DNA from: Candidatus Saccharimonadota bacterium
GTDB lineage: Bacteria; Patescibacteriota; Saccharimonadia; Saccharimonadales; JACDBH01
Direction of reading: 5' to 3'
DNA: 64,000 nucleotides
NCBI GenBank assembly: GCA_013694995.1
Contig: JACDBH010000002.1
Span: forward strand, 17,425-81,424
The notes below the pieces were generated by a model, which saw only the letters and a program-made list of their open reading frames with translations, did not search any database and was not told the origin of the DNA. The position numbers were made by a program, and so were the translations under genes. Every line of letters begins with the position of its first letter. Within the stretch, counting starts at the first letter, position 1. This document shows positions 45,887 through 55,554 of the stretch, one piece after another.

Positions 45887-47176
45887 ATGGATAAACCCGC
45901 AAAAACAAAAAAGCCCAACATTCGGGAAATTATGGGCGAAGATTTTATGTGGGGAGCTAGTACAGCCGGGCACCAAGTCGAGGGCGGTAACTATGACCAA
46001 TGGACTGTGTGGGAGTTAGCGCATGCTAAGGAACTGGCAGAGACGGCGGCCGACAGGTTGCGCTGGCTGCCAGGCTGGCTAAATATTAAAGACCAAGCCG
46101 AAGATCCGGATAACTACGTAGCTGGCAAGGGTGTAGACCATATCCACCATTATAAGGAAGACTTTGCAATCTTAAAAAAACTTAACATGAATGCTTTTCG
46201 TTTTGGCATCGAATGGAGCAGAGTAGAGCCAGATATGGGGGTATGGGACAAAACTGCCTTGGATCACTACCATAATTACCTGGATGAACTAAAAAAACTG
46301 GGGATGGAGCCGATTGTTAACCTTTGGCATTGGACAATGCCGGTATGGTTTGCCGAAAGCGGCGGCTTTAGCAAACGGAATAACATAGCGCGGTTCGTTC
46401 GGTTTGCAAAAAAAATTGCCGAGGAGTTTGGCGATGAAATTACCTACGTTTTAACCATTAACGAGCCAAACGTCTATTGCTCATTCAGCTATATGAGCGG
46501 TGAGTGGCCACCGCAGGAGAAAAACATAGTTAAAGCCCTCTGGACGTACGGCAATCTTGCCAAAGCGCACCGGGAAGTCTACAAGGTGATGAAAAATCTC
46601 AAGCCCCATTTACAGATAGGTGTTGCAAGCCAGTTCGGTAACGGCCAACCGAAGCGACCTGGCCACTGGCTTGACAGCAGGGTAGCTAGACTTGCGGATT
46701 ACGGTTGGAACTGGTGGTTTATAAATCGCATTAGGCATTGTCAGGACTTTGTTGGCTTTAATTATTATTTTACAAACTACTACCAAGGTATGAAGATAGT
46801 AAATCCACAGACTCCCTTAAACGATCTGGGCTGGTATATGGAGCCGGGTGGTTTAGCCGAAGTCATCATTAAGACGTGGCTGCGTTACCGTAAGCCGATT
46901 ATGATAACCGAGAATGGCGTAGCTGACCAAAAAGACGCACAGCGCCAGTGGTGGCTGGAAGAAACATTTGAAGCGTTAATTACCGCCCGCAAAGCTGGTG
47001 CCGATGTGATTGGATACCTGCATTGGAGCCTGCTTGATAATTTTGAGTGGAAATATGGCTGGTGGCCGAAGTTCGGCCTTATTAAAGTGGACAGGGAACG
47101 GGGCATGAAACGGGTAGTCCGACCCAGCGCAGTGTGGTTATCAGAGCAATTGAAACTGGATGCGGATGAGCGTTAA
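45887..47176 (+). CDS. Glycoside hydrolase family 1 (beta-glucosidase-like)
   Basis: 429 aa. FMWGASTAGHQVEG, TINEPN (acid/base Glu) and ITENG (nucleophile Glu). Confidence 0.9.
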   Translation: MDKPAKTKKPNIREIMGEDFMWGASTAGHQVEGGNYDQWTVWELAHAKELAETAADRLRWLPGWLNIKDQAEDPDNYVAGKGVDHIHHYKEDFAILKKLNMNAFRFGIEWSRVEPDMGVWDKTALDHYHNYLDELKKLGMEPIVNLWHWTMPVWFAESGGFSKRNNIARFVRFAKKIAEEFGDEITYVLTINEPNVYCSFSYMSGEWPPQEKNIVKALWTYGNLAKAHREVYKVMKNLKPHLQIGVASQFGNGQPKRPGHWLDSRVARLADYGWNWWFINRIRHCQDFVGFNYYFTNYYQGMKIVNPQTPLNDLGWYMEPGGLAEVIIKTWLRYRKPIMITENGVADQKDAQRQWWLEETFEALITARKAGADVIGYLHWSLLDNFEWKYGWWPKFGLIKVDRERGMKRVVRPSAVWLSEQLKLDADER

Positions 47177-47882
47177 AGCAATTTTATCGTTAGTAGGAGC
47201 CTTAGTACTAGCTATTATTATCGTAGCGTCAATCCGGCTCATAATACTGCGTCGCAGCATAGCCGAATATCGGAAATATTGGGAGCAACAGGCCGGGGAA
47301 TCTATAGCTGAAAACGCATTTATCTATATTGCACTCGGTGATTCAGCAGCCCAGGGCATAGGTGCCAGTTCTCCTGAACGAGGTTATGTCGGATTAGTAG
47401 CTAAAAATATAGAAGAGAAGATTAAACGGCCGGTACATGTGATAAATCTGAGCGTAAGTGGTGCTAAGGTAGCTGATGTATTGAGTGGCCAGTTACCTAA
47501 GTTAAGTAAATACCCGCCTCCTGAAATTGTAACTATTGAAATAGGTGCAAACGATGTTGGTAGTTTTAACGCGGATAAGTTCAGACTTGAATTTAGTCAG
47601 CTGCTTAATGAACTGCCCGCTAACACCTTGGTTTCTAATGTGCCTTCTTTTCGTGGGAGCATCAAAAATAACCTAAAGGGCCATTCCCGTGATGCTAGTG
47701 AAATAGCTACCGAATTAATCAAACAAAAACCTGAATTGTTTTTTGCAGATATTCATGCTGCCACCGACGCCCTTGGGCTTGGAGATTATGCCGCAGATTA
47801 CTTCCATCCGAATGATAGGGCATATAAAAAGTGGGCCGAAGCTTTTATATCAGCCATCGAACAAAACAACCTTCTTTTGTAG
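47160..47882 (+). CDS. SGNH/GDSL-type hydrolase, N-terminally anchored
   Basis: 240 aa. TM helix, IALGDSAAQG block I, GANDV block III and a C-terminal DYFHP. Overlaps the GH1 gene by 17 nt. Confidence 0.8.
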   Translation: MRMSVKAILSLVGALVLAIIIVASIRLIILRRSIAEYRKYWEQQAGESIAENAFIYIALGDSAAQGIGASSPERGYVGLVAKNIEEKIKRPVHVINLSVSGAKVADVLSGQLPKLSKYPPPEIVTIEIGANDVGSFNADKFRLEFSQLLNELPANTLVSNVPSFRGSIKNNLKGHSRDASEIATELIKQKPELFFADIHAATDALGLGDYAADYFHPNDRAYKKWAEAFISAIEQNNLLL

Positions 47883-48040
47883 GCGTTGTAAATTTATTTC
47901 AACTTAAGCTAGTGGCTAAGTTCATTTGTAATCTAGTGTCTAATTACCATTAACTGGCGCTATATGTTGTGTAGTAGTGTGCGACAGCAATAATCTGTGG
48001 ATAAGCTGAGCTTTATGGTAGTAAAAAAGCAATAAAACGC

Positions 48041-48092
48041 TTGCGTATGGGTAAGTGTGGGGAGTATGCTCATATCAGTGGGTAAAAGTGGG
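48041..48092 (+). promoter_or_regulatory. Putative Pmra promoter overlapping TGGG direct repeats (MraZ-box-like)
   Basis: TTGCGT (48041-48046) and TATGCT (48065-48070). TGGG at 48048, 48058, 48079 and 48089, i.e. two pairs with 10-bp spacing. Confidence 0.5.
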
Positions 48093-48160
48093 TAGCAAAA
48101 ATAGCTACTCGTAAAACAAAAAAACAAAAACCACTGTAAGTTAAATCAAAGGACCAATAG

Positions 48161-48514
48161 GTGGACTATTTCGAGAGGAAACTTGACGACAAACGACGGT
48201 TAACCATACCGGTCGAGTTGCGTGCCGAGTTTTCTAGTGGAGTAGTCATAACTAGAGGTTTTCAGGATTATCTCCATCTCTACCCGAAAACGGTATGGGA
48301 CGAAGAAGTCGAGCCGAAGCTCAAGGGGAGTATCCTTGATGAGCAGATTGCAGACATCAACGTTCAATTCCGGATGGGCCGGGTTGAGTCTGCTATTGAT
48401 GACAAGCAGGGCAGGATATCACTTGAACACCACCACCTTGATTACGCACATATAGCCCGTGATGTAATCGCGGTACGAGCCGGACGCTACTGGCGCATTC
48501 AAGCCAAAGCTTGA
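48161..48514 (+). CDS. mraZ: Division/cell wall cluster transcriptional regulator MraZ (short)
   Basis: 117 aa, GTG start. Two DxxxR-type repeats (LDDKRRLTIP, DDKQGRISL). First gene of the dcw cluster. Confidence 0.85.
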   Translation: MDYFERKLDDKRRLTIPVELRAEFSSGVVITRGFQDYLHLYPKTVWDEEVEPKLKGSILDEQIADINVQFRMGRVESAIDDKQGRISLEHHHLDYAHIARDVIAVRAGRYWRIQAKA

Positions 48515-48790
48515 AAATAAGCCAGCAGGCAATGATCTTTTACAATCAGCGATGCAAGCATTAGAAACTATAAAAACCGACTCGAGGTCAGCGAATCGGC
48601 AGCCAGCATGTGGCACCTATGGGGCACCACATTTAAAAACCCTAGAACCTTACTTTAAAAAACACCTCCCAAAACTCCACCTCACACAATAAGTCTCTCA
48701 AAACTTACGGTCTGGATGATGGTAAAAGATAGTAGACGGTCTCGAAACCGGCTCTCGTAAATCCTTTTACCGCTATAATTGTCCAGGCTG

Positions 48791-48894
48791 AACAAAAACA
48801 AAAACACCAAAAAAACAAAAAGTTGGCTGCTGGTTCGGTGACCTTGCAAAAAAACAAAAAGCAAAAACATGTCCAAAAACAAAAACACAAACAA
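48791..48894 (+). repeat. CA/A-rich (CAAAAA)n tracts flanking the rsmH start
   Basis: At least 9 CAAAAA-type units in three blocks (48791-48821, 48847-48868, 48874-48894) around a GC-rich 25-nt core. TATAAT at 48774-48779 upstream. Confidence 0.6.
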
Positions 48895-49786
48895 TATAAA
48901 TCATATTCCAGTCATGCTTCAAAGCGTACTGCAAATTTTAGACCCTAAGCCGGGGCAGAGATACCTCGACGTAACGGCCGGGTACGGTGGGCACGCTCAA
49001 GCAATACTGGAACGCACCTTAGTGCCGGAATCAGCCGTGCTGGTCGATCGCGACCAGATGGCAATTGATCGGCTCAATGACGTTTTCCAGGGTCGTGGCG
49101 TACAAGTATTCCACAAAGATTATTTGTCCGCAGCCTTGGAGCTCTCTCAAAAAGAATGTACGTTCGATATTGTGTTAGCGGATTTGGGAATGTCGTCACC
49201 GCACCTTAATATAGCGAGTCGTGGGTTTAGTTTTCGCTATGATGCACCGCTAGACATGCGTATGGATCAACGCCAAGAACTTACAGCTGCAACTATGGTC
49301 AATAGTTATAGTGAAGAGGACTTAGGCGAGATTTTGCGTTTGTATGGCGAAGAGCCAAAAGCTCGAGCTATAGCGAAGCTATTGGTCGCCAAACGACCGG
49401 TTAAAACCACCACGGAACTTGCACAAATAGTTGCCCTAGCTTGGCCGGGGTACAGTAAGGTCCATCCCGCAACAAGGACGTTTCAAGCGCTCCGTATAGC
49501 GGTTAATGACGAACTTAGCCTGTTACAATCAGCGCTACCAGTTATGTTAGATCTTCTGGCCCCGGAAGGGCGTCTGGCTATAATTACTTTCCATTCTCTA
49601 GAGGATCGTATCGTAAAACAGTTCTTTGCTGACAACGCAGGGGATAGGTACGATAGCGATTTCAGGAACCTGACTAAAAAGCCGGTTGTTCCAAGCCCTG
49701 ATGAAATAGTTTCCAATCCGCGAGCGCGCAGTGCAAAACTGCGAGCCGTAGCAAAAATAAAAAACCAACAGAAAGGAGATGCTTGA
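48869..49786 (+). CDS. rsmH: 16S rRNA (cytosine1402-N4)-methyltransferase
   Basis: 305 aa. HIPVML, LDVTAGYGGHA and FHSLEDRIVK motifs. Confidence 0.94.
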   Translation: MSKNKNTNNINHIPVMLQSVLQILDPKPGQRYLDVTAGYGGHAQAILERTLVPESAVLVDRDQMAIDRLNDVFQGRGVQVFHKDYLSAALELSQKECTFDIVLADLGMSSPHLNIASRGFSFRYDAPLDMRMDQRQELTAATMVNSYSEEDLGEILRLYGEEPKARAIAKLLVAKRPVKTTTELAQIVALAWPGYSKVHPATRTFQALRIAVNDELSLLQSALPVMLDLLAPEGRLAIITFHSLEDRIVKQFFADNAGDRYDSDFRNLTKKPVVPSPDEIVSNPRARSAKLRAVAKIKNQQKGDA

Positions 49787-49978
49787 CGTTATGCCTATAC
49801 AGGTAAAAAGCAGCTCCAGGGCCTATCGAATAAAGGTGAGAATCCTTTAGGCGTACTCCCAAAAAAAAAACAACTTCAGGTATGGCAGCACGTGTCGCGC
49901 GGCTGCCAGCCTGGAGCGGTAGCTAGCTTTGCCTGAAAACATTTTTAGGTAAACGTAACAATCATAAAATAATTGCCT

Positions 49979-50326
49979 ATGACGTATTCTAGTTCGCTGG
50001 CTATGAGCCGGCAGCGCTATGCACGCCGCAATCAAAACGCGGTGAGTTATAGGCGCGAGCAACGAGGCATTGGCCCCGTTAGCAATACGATAATTCTCAT
50101 CATCTTAGGCTGTATATTGGGCTTGCTATATTTGACGCAAGTTACTAAAACTAATGCGTTTGGGTATAAAATCAATGAACTGCGTACCGAAGCCACAAAC
50201 CTGCAGTCCGAACACGACGAGCTTGAAGTAGCCTCGGCACGTTTACAGTCGCTTGAACGCGCTAAAAACAGCCCAGTTGCCAACAATTTAGTTTCAGTCG
50301 CACCAAGTGGAATCGTACAAAACTAA
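49979..50326 (+). CDS. ftsL: FtsL-like cell division protein
   Basis: About 115 aa. Basic N-terminus, one TM helix, then a coiled coil (ELRTEATNLQSEHDELE). Sits between rsmH and ftsI. The track lists a TTG start at 49973. Confidence 0.7.
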   Translation: MTYSSSLAMSRQRYARRNQNAVSYRREQRGIGPVSNTIILIILGCILGLLYLTQVTKTNAFGYKINELRTEATNLQSEHDELEVASARLQSLERAKNSPVANNLVSVAPSGIVQN

Positions 50327-50346
50327 CCTCAATTAAGGAACTCCGG

Positions 50347-52137
50347 TTGCCGATTGTTAAGCGTACACCTCAGAGCCTGTCTGGACCTTCCATTACGGTC
50401 AGCAGTGCTAAACGGGCCCGTATTATCTATGGGCTACTACTTCTTGTGTCTTCGGTTTTTATCATACGGTTGTTCTACTTGCAGGTTATTAGACATGATT
50501 ATTACCGCCAGGCCGCGCTTGATTACCAACTGAAAGAGTATCAAATTCCAGCAGAGCGGGGGGTTATACTGGCCCATAATGGCAGCCAAACTACACCGCT
50601 GGTTCTGAATGAGACAAAATACACACTATTTGCCGATCCTATTTATGTCAAGGAGCCTGAAAAGCATGCCGTTGAACTGGCGGCGATTATCCAAGGTGAT
50701 GCCGGTGCATTAGTTAGTCAGCTTAAGACTCCGGATACTAGATATGTTGTTTTAGCAAAAAAATTAAGCCGCGAACAACACGAAAAGATTAATGAACTAG
50801 ATATAGCTGGCATAGGGACGAGGGAAGAAAGCTATCGTACCTATCCCCAGGGCTCGCTGGCCGCGCAAATCTTAGGATTCGTTAATGACGACGGTAATGG
50901 CCAGTATGGTATTGAACAGGCGCTTGATGAACGGCTCCAGGGCGTGCCTGGGGAGTTAAAGGCAATTACCGATGCCCGTGGTGTGCCGCTGGTTTCCAAT
51001 CCGGACAATATTGTTACTGAAGCTCAGACAGGTGAAGGGGTTACGTTAACTATTGATCTTGGCATGCAGAGGCAAGTCGAGGACTTATTGAAGGCTGGAC
51101 TGGATCGGGCTAAAAGTAGCTCCGGCAGTGCGCTTATAATCAACCCTAATGACGGTGCGGTAAAAGCCATGGCCAATTATCCGAGTTATGACCCAGCTAA
51201 TATACAGAACGTGATTAACCTTGCGGACTTTTCCAATACTGCTGTCAGCTCACCGCTTGAAGTCGGCTCCATTATGAAGACTCTGACGGCAGCGGCAGCT
51301 TTCGATCAAGAAGTTGTGGCTCCTAGCACGTCATTTTATGACGAGGGATTTGTTTTAATTGGTGACAGGAAAATTACTAACGTTCGCTATAACCCAGGTA
51401 CCCAGACCGTAGAATCGGTATTGGTTAATTCTCTTAATACCGGCGCCGTCTGGTTACTCAAACAGATTGGCCGCGGTGATATCAATGAGCGTGCCAGATT
51501 AACTTGGTACGACTATATGACTAAACATTACTTCTTAGGAACTACAACAGGTATTGAGCAAGCTGGTGAGGCCGAAGGTTATATACCGTCGCCAGAAGAC
51601 ACAGGCTATGGTATCAATGTTACCTATGCCAACACCGCCTTTGGACAGGCCCTGACTGCAACACCTTTGCAAATGGCAGCAGCTTTTTCGGCCATCATCA
51701 ACGGTGGTGTTTACTATCAGCCTCGGCTAGTAGATAGCTATAAAAACGCCGATGGTGAGGAAAATATGCAAGCGCCAATTATTAAAAAAAGAGACGTTGT
51801 AAGTAGGCAAGCTTCTGATAATATGGTTGGTCTGCTTCAGAGAGTTGTAGCTCAGAATATACCGGCAGCCACTCGTGCCGGTTATAGCGTTGGAGGAAAA
51901 ACTGGAACAGCTGAAATCGCTCGTCCAAGCGTGGAGGGTGGTGGTTATTATAGTGATCGTTTCAATGGAACGTACATAGGTTTTGTAGGCGGTGATCGGC
52001 CGGAGTACGTTATCATTATCAGGGTTAACGAGCCAGGAATTCCAGGTTTTGCCGGCTCGGCAGCAGCAGCTCCGATATTCCGTGATGTCAGCAATATGCT
52101 ACTTGATAATTTCGGGGTTACGCCCAAATCACAATAA
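50347..52137 (+). CDS. ftsI: Class B penicillin-binding protein (FtsI/PBP2-type transpeptidase)
   Basis: 596 aa, TTG start. N-terminal TM helix and SIMK (SxxK), SLN (SxN), KTGT motifs. Confidence 0.92.
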   Translation: MPIVKRTPQSLSGPSITVSSAKRARIIYGLLLLVSSVFIIRLFYLQVIRHDYYRQAALDYQLKEYQIPAERGVILAHNGSQTTPLVLNETKYTLFADPIYVKEPEKHAVELAAIIQGDAGALVSQLKTPDTRYVVLAKKLSREQHEKINELDIAGIGTREESYRTYPQGSLAAQILGFVNDDGNGQYGIEQALDERLQGVPGELKAITDARGVPLVSNPDNIVTEAQTGEGVTLTIDLGMQRQVEDLLKAGLDRAKSSSGSALIINPNDGAVKAMANYPSYDPANIQNVINLADFSNTAVSSPLEVGSIMKTLTAAAAFDQEVVAPSTSFYDEGFVLIGDRKITNVRYNPGTQTVESVLVNSLNTGAVWLLKQIGRGDINERARLTWYDYMTKHYFLGTTTGIEQAGEAEGYIPSPEDTGYGINVTYANTAFGQALTATPLQMAAAFSAIINGGVYYQPRLVDSYKNADGEENMQAPIIKKRDVVSRQASDNMVGLLQRVVAQNIPAATRAGYSVGGKTGTAEIARPSVEGGGYYSDRFNGTYIGFVGGDRPEYVIIIRVNEPGIPGFAGSAAAAPIFRDVSNMLLDNFGVTPKSQ

Positions 52138-52170
52138 GCGTACAATATAGATAGAAACCGCCCAACAAAC

Positions 52171-53214
52171 ATGCAAGAAACTATAACAATTATTATCGAA
52201 CAAGAAACATTACTAAGAATCATGGTATTAAGCTTTGCCGGTTTCTTAATCAGTATGCTTTTAACGCCTTTTTATACAACGCTTGCTTATAAGTACCAGT
52301 GGTGGAAAAAGGCTAGAACCGACACCGTTACTGGCGAGAAGGCTAGTGTTTACCAGTCATTGCATGGGGAAAAACACCGCCGAAATATACCGACTATGGC
52401 TGGCGTTATCTTTGTAGCCAGTATTGCGCTCGTGACACTATCTGGCAATCTGATTAGGACCGAAACCTGGCTACCACTTGCGGCAATGGTTGGAGCCGGG
52501 CTAATAGGACTAGTCGACGATGTTTTTAATACGCGCAGCACAGGTGGTATTGCCGGAATGCGGGCTAAGATTAAACTCTTTTTAATTACGATGGTCGCCA
52601 GTGTGGGCGGCTGGTGGTTCTATGATAAGCTGGACGTCAGCTCAATCCATATTCCATTCGTTGATTCGCCTTTGCAACTCGGCATCCTAATAATTCCTCT
52701 GTTTGTCCTGGTTGTAGTCTCTACTGCCAACGCTGTCAATATCACCGATGGTCTTGACGGACTGGCTGGCGGGTTGGTGTCAATTGATTTTGCTATGTAT
52801 GCGTTAATCGCGTTTTTAGAAGGACGTTACGGTGTGGCTGGCTTCTGTATGACCATTGTCGGGGCACTTTTAAGTTATACATGGTTCAATATATTCCCAG
52901 CGCGCTTCTTCATGGGAGACGTCGGATCGTTTGCATTGGGCACGGCCTTGGGCGTTGTTGCGATGTTAACCGATACAGTGTTGATATTGCCGATTATTGG
53001 CTTTGTTTTTGTAGTAGAAGCTGGCTCAAGTTTGCTGCAGATTTTATCTAAAAAATTACGTAAAGGACGAAAAATATTCCGCATAGCTCCAATTCACCAT
53101 CACTTTGAAGCCCTGGGATGGGAAGAAACCAAAGTAACTATGCGGTTCTGGGTAGTAGGTCAGGTGATGGGTGTCTTAGGTCTCATAGTCTATATTTTTG
53201 GTGGCAAATTATGA
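52171..53214 (+). CDS. mraY: Phospho-N-acetylmuramoyl-pentapeptide transferase
   Basis: 347 aa. NAVNITDGLDGLA and FMGDVGS motifs. Confidence 0.95.
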   Translation: MQETITIIIEQETLLRIMVLSFAGFLISMLLTPFYTTLAYKYQWWKKARTDTVTGEKASVYQSLHGEKHRRNIPTMAGVIFVASIALVTLSGNLIRTETWLPLAAMVGAGLIGLVDDVFNTRSTGGIAGMRAKIKLFLITMVASVGGWWFYDKLDVSSIHIPFVDSPLQLGILIIPLFVLVVVSTANAVNITDGLDGLAGGLVSIDFAMYALIAFLEGRYGVAGFCMTIVGALLSYTWFNIFPARFFMGDVGSFALGTALGVVAMLTDTVLILPIIGFVFVVEAGSSLLQILSKKLRKGRKIFRIAPIHHHFEALGWEETKVTMRFWVVGQVMGVLGLIVYIFGGKL

Positions 53215-54452
53215 ACGTAACCATCCGTTCTCGCCGACCAAGTCTTGATGAGCCACGCCGCCGCCATCGACCAGATTACTGGCTACCACTGATTGCAGTC
53301 GCATTACTATCTATTGGCTTGGTCGTTGTTTATGCTATTAGTCCCGGTATGAGCGCCCTAAAAGGAGTGTCAGAAAGCTATTATATTTCCAAGCAGTTGA
53401 TTGCCATATTACTAGGTGTGGCAGCATTCATTATCCTATCGAAAGTTCCTTATACATGGTGGCGCAGGGCAGTGCTACCGCTTATTATAGCCGCGATAGT
53501 ATCGGCAGTGGCTGTCCAGTTATTTGGTTCGCGTGTTAACGGTGCCTATCGTTGGATTCAGGTTGGCGGCGTTTCTTTTCAGGCTGCAGAACTAATAAAA
53601 TTCGCGTTACTTATATGGATGGCTGATTTGCTAGCTCGTCGCAAAGCCGAAAGTCGGCTCGGAAATTCTCGTTTGACTTTGCAACCACTGGTGATTGGCA
53701 TGTGTGCAATTGGTATAGTGGTGGGAGTAATGCAAAGTGACTTCGGCTCGACAGCCGTTATGGTCGGTATGGCAGCAGCCATGATGTTTGTGGCCGGGGT
53801 GCCGCTGAAACGGCTAGCAATAGTCGGCGGTGTAATTGTTATAGGGGCCTTTTTGCTCATTTCTACATCAAGTTACCGTCGTGAGCGCTTAACTACTTTT
53901 ATAAACCCAACAGCTGACTGTCAGGACGCCGGCTACCAGTCGTGCCAAGCGCTAATAGCAGTCGGATCTGGCGGTATGTTTGGGCTTGGTCTGGCGCGCA
54001 GTATCCAGGCTTACGGTTATCTACCAGAGGCTGCGAATGATTCGATTTTTGCAATCTTAGCAGAAAAATTCGGATTCTTAGGAGTGTCACTGATAATTGC
54101 CGCTTATGCAGTGTTCTTTGGCCGATTAACACGAATAATCGAACGCGCCCCCGATGATTTTAGCCGCTTGATAATTACTGGCATGTTAGCCTGGTTCAGC
54201 GTGCAAACTATTATTAATATTGGTGCTATGATTGGTTTGTTGCCGCTTAAGGGCATTACGCTTCCATTTGTCAGTTACGGCGGCACCAGCTTATTATTTG
54301 TAACTGGCGCCTTGGGAATTGCTTTTCAAATTTCGCGCTATGCGGCACTTTCAGGCAAGACTAACGACTCAGGAGCGACCTCGTATGACGATACTGCTTA
54401 CGGGCGGGGGAACAGGCGGCCATATTACGCCGCTGCTGGCCGTCGCACGTGA
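53211..54452 (+). CDS. ftsW: SEDS peptidoglycan glycosyltransferase FtsW
   Basis: Starts MNVTIRSRRP (ATGA overlap with mraY). SFQAAELIKF and LPFVSYGGTSLL motifs. The track start (53118) was trimmed. Confidence 0.92.
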   Translation: MNVTIRSRRPSLDEPRRRHRPDYWLPLIAVALLSIGLVVVYAISPGMSALKGVSESYYISKQLIAILLGVAAFIILSKVPYTWWRRAVLPLIIAAIVSAVAVQLFGSRVNGAYRWIQVGGVSFQAAELIKFALLIWMADLLARRKAESRLGNSRLTLQPLVIGMCAIGIVVGVMQSDFGSTAVMVGMAAAMMFVAGVPLKRLAIVGGVIVIGAFLLISTSSYRRERLTTFINPTADCQDAGYQSCQALIAVGSGGMFGLGLARSIQAYGYLPEAANDSIFAILAEKFGFLGVSLIIAAYAVFFGRLTRIIERAPDDFSRLIITGMLAWFSVQTIINIGAMIGLLPLKGITLPFVSYGGTSLLFVTGALGIAFQISRYAALSGKTNDSGATSYDDTAYGRGNRRPYYAAAGRRT

Positions 54453-55548
54453 ATTAAAACAGCTTGATCCTAGCTTAAACCTTATCGCAGTCTGCGAAAA
54501 GAATGCTAAATTCGTGTCTTTATTTGACAAAGAACCTGCAATAGACCAAGTACACCAAGTAAGGGCGGGGAAGTTCCGCCGCTACAGCGGTATGAAACTA
54601 CGACATAAAATAACCGATATTAAGACTATAGGTAAGAATGTAAGGGATAGCGCTTATGTCTTAGCCGGTTACAGACAAGCCCATAAATTAATTAAAGATT
54701 TAAAACCTGACGGAGTGTTTATTAAAGGTGGCTATGTCGGAGTTCCGGTCGGTCTGGCGGCCGCTCGGCTTAAAGTGCCTATTATCACGCATGATTCAGA
54801 TTCCACCCCAGGACTAGCTAACCGAATTATAGCTCGCTGGGCGACCGTTCACGCCACAGGTATGCCAGCCGAATATTATGACTATCCGAAAGATAAGACA
54901 GTATTTATCGGTATACCGGTTACGTCTGATTTCAAAATTGTCAATGATAAAGAACGTACCCAATACCGCGATGATTTAGGACTGGCCGATTGTCAAAGCG
55001 TCATAACGTTGATTGGAGGTAGCCAAGGGGCCGAACAGCTAAATAATGATATGGTCAGCATTGCTGGTCGCCTAATGCACTCAGATGAGCATTTGGGCAT
55101 CATCCACGTGACTGGACTAGCCCATGAACGCAATATACAGCAGAGTTATAATAATGAACTGCTGGCAGATGAGCGCCGACGGGTTGTTGTTAGGGGCTTT
55201 GTAACTGACATGTATCGTTACAGCGGGGCCGCCGATGTTGTTATCACCAGAGCAGGGGCCAACGCTACCTCTGAACTAGCAATCCAAAGGCTGCCAATTA
55301 TAGTTGTACCAGGTAGGTTGGCTAGCGGCCACCAGGATAAGAATGCACGTATTCTGGAAGAAAAGGGTGCTGCCATCGTGGTGGCTTATGGGGATAGCGA
55401 AGGCCTGTATGAGGCCATACAAGAGTTGCTTAAAAACACCGACCGGCGTCAGGATATGGCTGAACAACTTCATTTGCTGGCTAAGCCGCATGCCACCAAA
55501 CATTTGGCTGAACTTATATTAAAAACTTTTTCAGGTCAAGGCAGATAG
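54385..55548 (+). CDS. murG: UDP-GlcNAc:lipid I N-acetylglucosaminyltransferase MurG
   Basis: Starts MTILLTGGGTGGHITP after an AGGAG SD. Overlaps the ftsW 3' end by 68 nt. The track start (54319) was trimmed. Confidence 0.92.
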   Translation: MTILLTGGGTGGHITPLLAVARELKQLDPSLNLIAVCEKNAKFVSLFDKEPAIDQVHQVRAGKFRRYSGMKLRHKITDIKTIGKNVRDSAYVLAGYRQAHKLIKDLKPDGVFIKGGYVGVPVGLAAARLKVPIITHDSDSTPGLANRIIARWATVHATGMPAEYYDYPKDKTVFIGIPVTSDFKIVNDKERTQYRDDLGLADCQSVITLIGGSQGAEQLNNDMVSIAGRLMHSDEHLGIIHVTGLAHERNIQQSYNNELLADERRRVVVRGFVTDMYRYSGAADVVITRAGANATSELAIQRLPIIVVPGRLASGHQDKNARILEEKGAAIVVAYGDSEGLYEAIQELLKNTDRRQDMAEQLHLLAKPHATKHLAELILKTFSGQGR

Positions 55549-55554
55549 ACATAT

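Noticed and set aside
48682-48894. Two minus-strand ORFs (70 and 61 aa) rich in F/L/C within the mraZ-rsmH spacer.
   Set aside because: They are translations of the complement of the (CAAAAA)n tracts, giving poly-Phe/Leu/Cys. This is a low-complexity artefact.
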